From Pseudomonadota bacterium (lineage in GTDB: Bacteria > Pseudomonadota > Alphaproteobacteria > UBA6615), in contig JAQCFD010000002.1 of assembly GCA_027618305.1 (NCBI GenBank), positions 1 through 44,368 on the forward strand: 44,368 nucleotides of DNA, given 5' to 3'. Shown here in pieces: positions 8,289-15,657 of the stretch. A program made the translations under genes and the position numbers. The notes beneath the pieces were generated by a model that was given only the letters and a program-made list of their open reading frames with translations, did no database searches and was not told where the DNA came from. How positions within the stretch are numbered: the first letter of the stretch is position 1; each line of letters opens with the position of its first letter.

Positions 8289-8298
8289 TCGACCCGCG

Positions 8299-8327
8299 CG
8301 GTTTGCCGTCCTGCGTCCGGCAAACCG
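8299..8327 (+). terminator. 10-bp hairpin after the ShlB-type gene
   Basis: CGGTTTGCCG (8299-8308) pairs with CGGCAAACCG (8318-8327). No clear T-tract. A second hairpin GCTTGCC-tgcg-GGCAAGC lies at 8370-8387. Confidence 0.4.
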
Positions 8328-8454
8328 GCACGCGCATGAATATGGAACGAAATTAAATCGCACAGGGGTGCTTGCCTGCGGGCAAGCGAACTCCCTACGC
8401 TAGCTGGTCCGAACCCTGTCTGGGCCACAGCCGTTGCGCGCGAAGGAGGCAACC

Positions 8455-9204
8455 ATGCCGTATTATGAAAATGGTGATGTTCGTATCCGTTACGAGGAGG
8501 CCGGGAGCGGCTTCCCGCTGCTGGTCACCCCGGGCGGCGGTCTCAACTCGCGTATCGCCAACTGGCCGACCGCGGTCTTCAACGCGATGGACGCCTTCAA
8601 GGACGATTTTCGCTGCATCACCATGGATCAGCGCAACGCCAATGGCGGCGAGAGTTCAGGGCCGATCGCGCTCGACGATCCCTGGGGCGCCTTCGCCGAC
8701 GATCAGCTTGGGCTGATGGACCATCTGGGCATCCGCGAATTCGCCTATATGGGCTACTGCATCGGCGGCTGCTTCGCCGGAACACTGCTCAAGCGCGCCC
8801 CGGATCGCGTTGTCGCGGCGGTGTTCTGCCAGACGGTGGGGCACCGCCCCGATGACCCCGATGTCATGTACCGGTCCGGACGGGATGTGTGGGCCCCCGA
8901 GCTGCTTGACCGGCGGCCGGACCTGAACCAGGACATGATCGACAAGTATCTGCACGGCCTCTACCGGGTGAACCCCGACTTTCTCTACAGCGTGTCGCGC
9001 GACGTTATCCGCGATTGCCAGACGCCGATCCTGGTGCTGCCGGACGACGTACCGTCCCACCCGCTCCAGACATCGATCGATGTCGCCGCGCTGGCGCCGA
9101 ACGCCGAGATCACGGTCTTTCCCTGGACCGAGCCGCCCGAACTGAAAGAGCGCACCATCGGCCGGGTGCGCAGATTCATCCAGACGCACGCCGCAGGGCG
9201 GTAG
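8455..9204 (+). CDS. Alpha/beta-fold hydrolase with a Cys in the nucleophile elbow (G-Y-C-I-G-G)
   Basis: MPYYENGDVRIRYEEAGSGFPLLVTPGGG... is typical of the alpha/beta hydrolase fold. Nucleophile elbow is MGYCIGGCFAG. Strong SD GAAGGAGG 5 nt before the ATG at 8455, so the track start 8434 (TTG) is an extension. Confidence 0.8.
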   Translation: MPYYENGDVRIRYEEAGSGFPLLVTPGGGLNSRIANWPTAVFNAMDAFKDDFRCITMDQRNANGGESSGPIALDDPWGAFADDQLGLMDHLGIREFAYMGYCIGGCFAGTLLKRAPDRVVAAVFCQTVGHRPDDPDVMYRSGRDVWAPELLDRRPDLNQDMIDKYLHGLYRVNPDFLYSVSRDVIRDCQTPILVLPDDVPSHPLQTSIDVAALAPNAEITVFPWTEPPELKERTIGRVRRFIQTHAAGR

Positions 9205-9252
9205 GGGCGGGACGCTCGAAGGCTGCTGGTTGCGGCTGGCGCCACATGTGAG

Positions 9253-9279
9253 AAACCGGAACGAATTTAGTTCGGGTTT
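9253..9279 (+). terminator. Hairpin downstream of the hydrolase gene
   Basis: AAACCGGAAC (9253-9262) pairs with GTTCGGGTTT (9270-9279): 9 of 10 pairs, with a T-run at the 3' side of the stem. Confidence 0.4.
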
Positions 9280-9407
9280 GGGCGGTTGCCTGTTGGTGAG
9301 TTGCCGCCATACGCTGATGCTCGTCTTTGGCTGAAAGACACCAGCGATCCACGCTGAGTTCAGCCGGTATCGTGCGCCGTGGCGCACCGTCTGGGAGGAC
9401 GCACAGA

Positions 9408-9845
9408 ATGTCATTTGCAGAAACCAAACGCCTGACCAGTGCCGGGGCCAAGCTGATGCTCGCCGCCGCCATCGCCAAGGCCGAAGAATTCGGAATCGCC
9501 GCGACCGTCGTGGTCGTCGACGCCGGGGGCCATCCGCTGGTGCTCGAGCGCATGGACGGGGGGCGTTTCCACACGGTGCACTCGTCAACGGTGAAGGCCG
9601 TCACGGCATCCTCGAACAAGCGAATAACGACGACCCAGGGTGCGCAGGGCCAGGACCTCGACACGCTGCACGCGATCGGCCTAACGTTGGCTGCGGGTCC
9701 GGAGCGCTGGACCGCCATGGAGGGCGGCTATCCCATCATCGTCGACGGGGAGTGCCTCGGCGGCATCGGCGTCAGCGGCGGCGACTGGCAGCAGGACGCG
9801 GACATCGCCGCGGCGGCGCTGGAAGCCGTCGGCCTGACGGGGTAA
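9408..9845 (+). CDS. GlcG/HbpS-like (DUF336) heme-binding family protein
   Basis: MSFAETKRLTSAGAKLMLAAAIAKAEEFGIAATVVVVDAGGHPLVLERMDG...GGYPIIVDGECLGGIGVSGG is the GlcG signature. SD GGGAGG 9 nt upstream of the ATG at 9408; the track start 9327 is an extension. Confidence 0.85.
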   Translation: MSFAETKRLTSAGAKLMLAAAIAKAEEFGIAATVVVVDAGGHPLVLERMDGGRFHTVHSSTVKAVTASSNKRITTTQGAQGQDLDTLHAIGLTLAAGPERWTAMEGGYPIIVDGECLGGIGVSGGDWQQDADIAAAALEAVGLTG

Positions 9846-9890
9846 ACAAGCCACACGAACACACGCAAACGAATCTGGGAGGATTCCAAC

Positions 9891-10850
9891 ATGAACATGT
9901 TTCGCACAATGATGGTCGGGGCCGCGGCGCTCGGCCTTGCCGCGGCGGCCACGCCCGCCCAGGCCTTTCCCGACGGGCCGGTCGAGTTCGTCATTCCGTT
10001 CGGCGCCGGCGGCGGCGCGGACATCGAGGGCCGGCTTCTGGCCAAGAAGATGGGCGAGATTCTCGGCGTGCCCTTCACGCCGGTGAACCGTCCCGGCGGC
10101 GGCGGTGCCGTGACCTACACCTACATCAAGAACTCCAAGCCCGATGGACATACGGTGGGGTGGAACTCCACCTCGGTTCTGACGACGACCAATCTCGGCA
10201 ACACGGACTTCGCCTACGACGCGATGGACCATGTCGGCCGGGTTGAGTTCCAGCCCCAGCCCTTCGTCGTCAAGGGCGACGCGAAATGGAACACGTTTGC
10301 GGAGTTTGTCGCCGACTGTAAGGCCGCGCCGGGCACGCTGAAGGTTGCCAATTCCGGCACCGGCAGCGCCACCCACGCCGCCGCCATCCTGCTGATGGAT
10401 GCGGCCGGCTGCAAGGTCGTGCACCTGCCCAAGGGCATTGCGGGCCGCAACAAGTCGGTCCTGAACGGCGAGGCCGATGCGATGATCGCGCCGCTCACGG
10501 GTACCGTGAACCTGACCAATGCCGGAAAGCTGAAGATCCTGCTGATGCCGACGGCCGAGCGCAGCACGGTCTTCCCGGACGTGCCGACCGCCAAGGAAGC
10601 GGGATACGACGTCTCGCTGGATCTGTTCCGCGGCCTTTCGGTGGCTCCGAACACGCCGGACGACATCAAGGCCAAGCTGGCCGATGCGATGACCAAGGCG
10701 GCCAACTCGCCGGAATTCCTGAAGCTCGCCAAGGACAACGGCTTCACCGTGGCCCCGATGGACCACAAGGCGTTCGAGGCGATGCTCGTCGAAGAGAATG
10801 CGAAGGTGAAGGCCATTTTCGCGAGCGCTGGCCTGCTGAAGACCCAGTAA
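9891..10850 (+). CDS. tctC: Tripartite tricarboxylate transporter substrate-binding protein (Bug/TctC family)
   Basis: Signal peptide MNMFRTMMVGAAALGLAAAATPAQA, then FPDGPVEFVIPFGAGGGADIEGR and the rest of a Bug-family fold. Followed by tctB and tctA. Confidence 0.9.
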   Translation: MNMFRTMMVGAAALGLAAAATPAQAFPDGPVEFVIPFGAGGGADIEGRLLAKKMGEILGVPFTPVNRPGGGGAVTYTYIKNSKPDGHTVGWNSTSVLTTTNLGNTDFAYDAMDHVGRVEFQPQPFVVKGDAKWNTFAEFVADCKAAPGTLKVANSGTGSATHAAAILLMDAAGCKVVHLPKGIAGRNKSVLNGEADAMIAPLTGTVNLTNAGKLKILLMPTAERSTVFPDVPTAKEAGYDVSLDLFRGLSVAPNTPDDIKAKLADAMTKAANSPEFLKLAKDNGFTVAPMDHKAFEAMLVEENAKVKAIFASAGLLKTQ

Positions 10851-10856
10851 CCGTGT

Positions 10857-10890
10857 CGCCATGGGCCTGTCTTCGGGCGGGCCCATGGCG
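10857..10890 (+). terminator. Strong intercistronic hairpin between tctC and tctB (attenuator/partial terminator)
   Basis: CGCCATGGGCC (10857-10867) pairs perfectly with GGCCCATGGCG (10880-10890): an 11-bp stem with a 12-nt loop. Confidence 0.5.
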
Positions 10891-10941
10891 GACGCACCGG
10901 GCGTGTTCCGGCCCGTCCCATTCATTCTAGGTGCGATTGTC

Positions 10942-11400
10942 ATGCGACGCCGAAACATCATCGCCGCCGTGGTTCTGCTCGCGCTGGGCGCCGTTTACGG
11001 CGTCCTGACGGCGCAGTTGCCGGTGCGCAGCCTGCCCGACACGCCGGGGCCGCCCTTCTTTCCCTGGATCAACACGATCGTGATTCTCGCCCTTTCGGCC
11101 ACGCTGCTGGTGCAGGGATGGATGGCCGCGGACGGGCCGCTGCCGCCGCAGGCCGCCGGGCGCCGGCGGGCGAGCTGGGCGCTGGGCGTGTTTGTCGTCT
11201 ACCTGGCGATCCTGCCGGGCTTCGGGTTCATCCTCGCGACCGCGCCGTTCTTCGCGGCGCTGATGCTGCTGTTCGGCGAGACGCGGGCGCTGCGCGTCGC
11301 GGCGGGGGCGCTCATCGCGACGGGCCTCCTCTACCTCCTGTTCCGGCACGGATTCAATGTGTATCTGCCGACCGGGCTGCTGAAGGGCATCGTGCCTTGA
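10942..11400 (+). CDS. tctB: Tripartite tricarboxylate transporter small membrane subunit TctB
   Basis: About 150 aa with 4 TM helices (MRRRNIIAAVVLLALGAVYGVLTAQLP...), located between tctC and tctA. The track start 10861 overlaps the hairpin and is probably an extension. Confidence 0.8.
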   Translation: MRRRNIIAAVVLLALGAVYGVLTAQLPVRSLPDTPGPPFFPWINTIVILALSATLLVQGWMAADGPLPPQAAGRRRASWALGVFVVYLAILPGFGFILATAPFFAALMLLFGETRALRVAAGALIATGLLYLLFRHGFNVYLPTGLLKGIVP

Positions 11401-11413
11401 CCGGGACCGAGAC

Positions 11414-12925
11414 ATGAGCCCGGACGTCCTCGCAGGCATCTCCCAGGCGTCGGGATTTCTCGTCCTGCTGACGACGGCGGTGGGCGTGTTCATCGGCCTG
11501 ACCGTCGGCATGATTCCGGGCATGACGATCAGCACCGGCATCATCATCCTGCTGCCGGTGACGTTTGTCCTGTCGGCGGATATTTCCATCGCCTTGCTGC
11601 TGGGTCTCTATGTGGGCGGGATGACCGGTGGCAGTTTCTCGGCCATTCTGCTGAATATTCCGGGCACGCCATCGGCGTCGGCCACGGCGCTCGACGGCTA
11701 TCCCATGTCGGCGCGTGGCGAGGCGGGCCGTGCGCTGGGCATCGCCATCACCTCGAGCTTTATCGGCGGCATGGCAAGCTTCTTCTGCCTGCTGTTCATC
11801 GCACCGCTGCTGGCCGAGGTCGCGCTGAGCTTCCGCACCGAGGACATGTTCGCGCTCGTTTTCTTCGGCATCACAATCATCTGCAGCTTCGCCGCCCAGT
11901 CGCTCGTGAAGGGGTTGTTGTCGGGCGCCATCGGCCTGGCCATCGTCACCATCGGCCAGGACCCGGTGATGGGCACCCAGCGGTTCACCTTCGGCCAGGT
12001 CAACCTGATCGGCGGCATTCACTTCCTGACCGCCATGATCGGGTTGTTCGCAATCCCCCAGCTGGTGAGCAACCTGATGGACGCGGCGGGCGGGGCACAA
12101 CGCATCCAGACCAGGCTGAAGTCGGTGCTGCCGCGGATGTCGGATCTGCGCGCCATCCGCATGCCGGTCACGATCGGTTCCCTCACCGGTGCCTTTCTCG
12201 GCATTCTGCCGGGCGCGGGCGGGCCCATCGCGGCCTTCATCAGCTATGACTACGCGCGCCGCCTCTCCAGGCGCCGGGGCGAGTTCGGGAAGGGCGCGGT
12301 CGAGGGCATCGCGGCGCCGGAATCGGCGAACAACGCGGTCACCGGCGGGGCGCTCATCCCGATGATGACGCTGGGTATTCCCGGCGATCCCGTGACGGCG
12401 ATCCTGATCGGCGCGCTCATCATTCACGGCCTGGCCCCGGGCCCGCTGATGTTTACCGAGCGGGGCGACTTCGCGTTCGGCCTTATCTTCTCCTTCTTCT
12501 GGGCGAATATTTTCAATCTCCTCATTGCGCTGACCGCCCTGCGGGTGCTGGTCAAACTGCTGGCGACGCCGCGCGCGCTTCTGATGCCGACGGTGGCGGT
12601 TTTGTGCGTGATCGGTGCCTTCGCGCTGCGCAACAATTTCTTCGACGTCTATGTGATGCTGTTCTTCGGCTTCGTCGGCCTGGCCATGCGCTGGCTGGAC
12701 ATGCCCGTGGTGCCCCTGCTGCTGGCCCTCGTGCTCGGCGTGCCGCTCGAGGAAAACCTCCGGGTGGCGCTGACGTCCTCCCAGGGCGATATCTCGATCT
12801 TCTTTTCCTCGCCAATCGCTGTGACCTTCCTCGCGCTGTCGGCGCTGTCCATCATCTGGTCGCTGCGCGCGGCCCGGCTCCGGAAGAACGCGGCGCCGCC
12901 ATCCCCCAAGGAGAGTTCATCATGA
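11414..12925 (+). CDS. tctA: Tripartite tricarboxylate transporter large permease TctA
   Basis: 503-aa polytopic protein with TctA-typical blocks (GMIPGMT, GGSFSAILLNIPGTPSASATALDGYPM, LGIPGDPVTA). Confidence 0.9.
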   Translation: MSPDVLAGISQASGFLVLLTTAVGVFIGLTVGMIPGMTISTGIIILLPVTFVLSADISIALLLGLYVGGMTGGSFSAILLNIPGTPSASATALDGYPMSARGEAGRALGIAITSSFIGGMASFFCLLFIAPLLAEVALSFRTEDMFALVFFGITIICSFAAQSLVKGLLSGAIGLAIVTIGQDPVMGTQRFTFGQVNLIGGIHFLTAMIGLFAIPQLVSNLMDAAGGAQRIQTRLKSVLPRMSDLRAIRMPVTIGSLTGAFLGILPGAGGPIAAFISYDYARRLSRRRGEFGKGAVEGIAAPESANNAVTGGALIPMMTLGIPGDPVTAILIGALIIHGLAPGPLMFTERGDFAFGLIFSFFWANIFNLLIALTALRVLVKLLATPRALLMPTVAVLCVIGAFALRNNFFDVYVMLFFGFVGLAMRWLDMPVVPLLLALVLGVPLEENLRVALTSSQGDISIFFSSPIAVTFLALSALSIIWSLRAARLRKNAAPPSPKESSS

Positions 12926-13935
12926 GTAGCAAACCCCTTCGCGTCGCCTCCGTCGGTCTCGGCTGGTGGTCCGATGTCCTGGCCGACGCGGCCGGCCGCA
13001 CCGGCGGGCGGGTCGAGATCGCGTCCTGCTTCACCCGATCCGAGGAGAAGCGCCAGGCCTTCGCCGCGAAGTACAATTGCGGGGCGGCGGCGAGCCTCGA
13101 CGAGATTCTGAACGACGATTCGATCGACGCGATCATCAACACCACGCCGAACCATGTGCATCTGGAGACGACCGCGGCGGCGGCCGGGGCCGGCAAGCAT
13201 GTGTTCCTCGACAAGCCGGTGGCCAACACGATCGGCGAGGCCCGCGCGATCACCAAGGTGTGCGCCGATGCGGGCGCGGTCCTGTCGGTCGGCTACCAGC
13301 GCCGGCGGGAAAGCCATTTTCGCTGGATCCAGGACAGGATCACCGCCGGGGAGTTCGGCACGCTGGTGCAGGCCGAGGCGAATATCAGCCGCGACCGGGC
13401 CGGCCAGTTCGAACTCGGCCATTGGCGCTATACCGCCGAGGGCATGCCCGGCGGCGTGATGCTGCAGATCGGGCTGCACTATGTCGATGTGCTGACCATG
13501 CTGCTCGGCCCGGTCGAATCCGTCTCGGGCATGGCCTCCCAGCTGGTGTTGCCCGGCGACAACCCGGATGTCGGCTCGCTGATGATGAAGCACGAGAACG
13601 GGGCCGTGTCGTCGCTGTCGACCAGTTATGCGTCGGCGTCCGAATATTATCTGATGAACATCTACGGCAAGAAGATGAGCGCCTACTACAACCTGTTCGA
13701 CGGGCTGCGCTATCTCCATCAGGGCGACACGGACCAGCAGCCGGTGGCGGTCGAGAAGAACGACGCCATCGCCGAGCAGCTGATTGAGTGGGCCAATGCC
13801 GTTTCGGGCGAGGGTGAACCCGAGGTGGGCGGCGAGAGCGCCATGACGTCGCTGGCCGTGGTCAAGGCCGGGATCAGGTCGGTCGCCGAGGGACGGCATG
13901 TGACCGTGGCGGAGATTCTCGCCGGCGACGATTGA
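12922..13935 (+). CDS. Gfo/Idh/MocA-family NAD(P)-dependent oxidoreductase
   Basis: MSSKPLRVASVGLGWWSDVLADA...AIINTTPNHVHLETTAAAAGAGKHVFLDKPVANT has the Rossmann and EKP-like motifs of the family. The ATG at 12922 overlaps the tctA stop (ATGA). The upstream part of track ORF 12604..13935 is a frame-shadow inside tctA. Confidence 0.85.
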   Translation: MSSKPLRVASVGLGWWSDVLADAAGRTGGRVEIASCFTRSEEKRQAFAAKYNCGAAASLDEILNDDSIDAIINTTPNHVHLETTAAAAGAGKHVFLDKPVANTIGEARAITKVCADAGAVLSVGYQRRRESHFRWIQDRITAGEFGTLVQAEANISRDRAGQFELGHWRYTAEGMPGGVMLQIGLHYVDVLTMLLGPVESVSGMASQLVLPGDNPDVGSLMMKHENGAVSSLSTSYASASEYYLMNIYGKKMSAYYNLFDGLRYLHQGDTDQQPVAVEKNDAIAEQLIEWANAVSGEGEPEVGGESAMTSLAVVKAGIRSVAEGRHVTVAEILAGDD

Positions 13936-14059
13936 ATGCGGCGTCCTGTTGCATCGCGCGAAACGAAAACGACCGGCGGTGAGGCCGGGCGCTTCCAAAG
14001 GTTGGTCTTAGGGAGGTTGAGGATTCGCGGCTAACCGGCGTCGCGAAGCCACGCGGCGG

Positions 14060-14200
14060 GGGTGCGGCTTTCGTAAATTTTCTGGCCGACCCGGCAGAGG
14101 AAATCGAACATCGTGGAACTCCATCTTTTGTTGCGTTGACCTGAGTACGGAGCGGACGTGCTTCTGGATGCGTGTTTCGCGCATGGCTCTCGTGTGAAGA
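14060..14200 (+). pseudogene. Decayed remnant of a DCC/DUF393 gene 3' end (part of a segmental duplication)
   Basis: By-eye colinear patches shared with the 3' part of the intact DCC gene (about 15130-15290). Examples: GGCTTTCG..CTGGC..ATCG..GTGGAAC.CCAT..TTGT..TGACCTG..GCGTG...CGCGCATGGCTC.CGTGTGAAGAC in copy 1, versus GGTTTCGCTGGC..ATCG..GTGG..GAACCATTTGTATGACCTG..GCGTGCGGCGCATGGCTCGTGCGTGAGAC. There are multiple indels and no intact frame. Boundaries are approximate. Confidence 0.35.
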
Positions 14201-14223
14201 CCGCATGCGCGGTTTGCGGGATA

Positions 14224-14250
14224 TGATCCACCCCCGGCGGTCGGGCGTAG
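14224..14250 (+). promoter_or_regulatory. Candidate ECF-type promoter TGATCC-N16-CGTAG (copy 1)
   Basis: TGATCC at 14224-14229, 16-nt spacer, CGTAG at 14246-14250. Lies 30 nt upstream of the ATG at 14280. Confidence 0.45.
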
Positions 14251-14279
14251 ACGGGTCAACGGAACAACAGGAGACAAAG

Positions 14280-14573
14280 ATGCTCGATCTTTACCGCACG
14301 ATCATGGACTCGGACCGCAACCCCTTGAATGCGCTGCCGCGCGCGCAGCGCTTTCAGATCATGGTGGTGCTCAGCCTCATGTGGACGTCGATCTTCTGCG
14401 CCGCCGCCGGTGCCTGGTTCTGGTATGGAGAGCTACTCTTCGCGCATGTTTTGTTTGCTCTAGGTTTCGCATTCACTGGTGCCACGTTCCATAGCGCATC
14501 GAAGCTGGCAACGTATCGCGATCACCCGAGCGCGGACGGGACGGCGCGTTACGACGACGTCTGGGGCGCCTAG
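14280..14573 (+). CDS. Small two-TM membrane protein, paralog 1 (97 aa), unknown family
   Basis: MLDLYRTIMDSDRNPLNALPRAQRFQIMVVLSLMWTSIFCAAAGAWFWYGELLFAHVLFALGFAFTGATFHSASKLATYRDHPSADGTARYDDVWGA. SD AGGAGA 6 nt before the ATG at 14280. 82 of 97 aligned residues are identical to the product of 15361..15657. The track start 14172 is an extension. Confidence 0.7.
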   Translation: MLDLYRTIMDSDRNPLNALPRAQRFQIMVVLSLMWTSIFCAAAGAWFWYGELLFAHVLFALGFAFTGATFHSASKLATYRDHPSADGTARYDDVWGA

Positions 14574-14588
14574 AATAAAGCCTTTCCG

Positions 14589-14894
14589 ATGGAAATCATT
14601 CAACACCTGGCGGTGCCGGTCTCCGATATCGACGTCGCCCTCACCTGGTATGGCGCGCGGTTCGATTTCGAAATCGTGTATGCCGACGAAAGCTGGGCGC
14701 TGCTCCAGTTCGCGAATGTTGCGCTGGCGCTTGTGCTGCGCGATGCGCATCCGCCGCACTTTGCGGTCGCCCGTGAGGACGCCGAGCGCCATGGTCGCCT
14801 GACGCCGCATCGGGATGGGACCGCGTCCGTCTATATCCACGATCCCTGGAACAATGCGATCGAGATCATGAAACCTTCGCCGGGTGCCGAATGA
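14589..14894 (+). CDS. VOC (glyoxalase/bleomycin-resistance/dioxygenase) family protein
   Basis: 101 aa. MEIIQHLAVPVSDIDVALTWYGARFDFEIVY...HFAV...VYIHDPWNNAIEI matches the beta-alpha-beta-beta-beta module pattern of single-domain VOC proteins. Confidence 0.7.
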   Translation: MEIIQHLAVPVSDIDVALTWYGARFDFEIVYADESWALLQFANVALALVLRDAHPPHFAVAREDAERHGRLTPHRDGTASVYIHDPWNNAIEIMKPSPGAE

Positions 14895-15283
14895 TCCAGG
14901 GGTCCCGTCTCACCGTGTTCTTCGACGGCGGGTGTCCCCTGTGTGCGCGGGAGATTGCCTTCTACCGGCGCCGGCGCAACGCCGGTGACATCGATTGGGT
15001 CGATGTGGACGGCCTCGACGGACCGGAAGCCGCACCCGGTCTGACGAAAGCGCGCGCGCTGGGGCGGTTTCATGTACGCGCAGCGGACGGGCGCATGGTT
15101 GATGGCGGGGAGGCCTTTGCCCTGCTTTGGTCCGCCCTTCCGGGGTTTCGCTGGCTCGGCACGATCGGCCGGTTTCGCCCGGGCCTGTGGTGCCTGAACC
15201 ATTTGTATGACCTGTTTCTGCATCTGCGCCCGTGGCTGCAACGCCGGGCTGCGGCACGCGTGCGGCGCATGGCTCGTGCGTGA
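14891..15283 (+). CDS. DCC/DUF393-family thiol-disulfide oxidoreductase
   Basis: LTVFFDGGCPLCAREIAFYRRR contains the D-x-x-C-x-x-C signature at the expected N-terminal position. The ATG overlaps the VOC stop (ATGA). Confidence 0.8.
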   Translation: MIQGSRLTVFFDGGCPLCAREIAFYRRRRNAGDIDWVDVDGLDGPEAAPGLTKARALGRFHVRAADGRMVDGGEAFALLWSALPGFRWLGTIGRFRPGLWCLNHLYDLFLHLRPWLQRRAAARVRRMARA

Positions 15284-15308
15284 GACTCGCATGTGCGCTG
15301 GCGGGAAG

Positions 15309-15335
15309 TGATCCGGGCTGTTGATCGCCGCGTAG
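15309..15335 (+). promoter_or_regulatory. Candidate ECF-type promoter TGATCC-N16-CGTAG (copy 2)
   Basis: TGATCC at 15309-15314, 16-nt spacer of unrelated sequence, CGTAG at 15331-15335. Lies 26 nt upstream of the ATG at 15361. Confidence 0.45.
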
Positions 15336-15360
15336 GGAGGTCTGTCGATCAAAGGAGACG

Positions 15361-15657
15361 ATGATGTTTGAACTCTACCGCACGGTCATGGATTCCGACC
15401 GCAACCCGCTCAACAATCTGCCGCGCGCGCAGCGCTTCCAAATCATGGTTGTGCTCAGCCTGATGTGGACCACGATCTTCTGCACCGCCGCCGGGGCATG
15501 GTTTTGGTATGGAGAGCTGCTCTTCGCGCATGTACTGGTCGCTTTGGGCGTCGCCTTGACGGGCGCGACGTTCCACACGGCCGCGAAACAGTCGACCTAT
15601 CGCGACCACCCGAAGTCAGACGGCACGGCGCGTTACGACGACGTCTGGGGCGCTTGA
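15361..15657 (+). CDS. Small two-TM membrane protein, paralog 2 (98 aa), unknown family
   Basis: MMFELYRTVMDSDRNPLNNLPRAQRFQIMVVLSLMWTTIFCTAAGAWFWYGELLFAHVLVALGVALTGATFHTAAKQSTYRDHPKSDGTARYDDVWGA. SD AAAGGAGA upstream. The stop TGA overlaps the TTG start of the photolyase gene. Confidence 0.7.
   Translation: MMFELYRTVMDSDRNPLNNLPRAQRFQIMVVLSLMWTTIFCTAAGAWFWYGELLFAHVLVALGVALTGATFHTAAKQSTYRDHPKSDGTARYDDVWGA

Noticed and set aside
550-8300. Possible genomic island integrated at tRNA-Gly (tRNA followed by accessory-looking HTTM/CHASE2/FecR/ShlB genes and an AT-rich patch)
   Set aside because: There is no integrase, transposase or phage gene. I could not find a direct repeat of the tRNA 3' end downstream. 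Apart from the single AT-rich intergenic region, the composition looks like the rest of the window.
12604-12921. 5' extensions of track ORFs. Examples: 12604 for the oxidoreductase, 15465 for the photolyase, 17777 for rpoH, 23199 for DoxX, 41557 for the MFS, 14172 for small protein 1, 22646 for the bicupin.
   Set aside because: The extensions overlap upstream genes in another frame, encode Arg/Pro/Gly-rich filler, and precede internal starts. Those internal starts have proper SD sequences and N-termini matching the respective families.
14031-14111. 26-aa minus-strand mini-ORF (MFDFLCRVGQKIYESRTPAAWLRDAG) with a well-spaced GGAG and GC-rich third positions
   Set aside because: It lies within or next to the region that aligns patchily with the DCC gene on the opposite strand, i.e. 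the likely pseudogene remnant. It has no recognisable family and no evident promoter. It is more likely a by-product of the decayed duplication. Ribosome profiling could revive it.
14892-14918. Near-matches of the bipartite motif: TGATCC-N16-CGTGT at the VOC/DCC junction; TGATCC-N16-CGTCC at 22330-22356; TGATCC-N17-CGTTC on the minus strand around 31385-31357
   Set aside because: The -10 element is not CGTA. The first two lie inside coding sequence; the first is built from the overlapping ATG/TGA codons. The third sits in the loop and 3' arm of the tctC-tctB hairpin. These are most likely chance matches.
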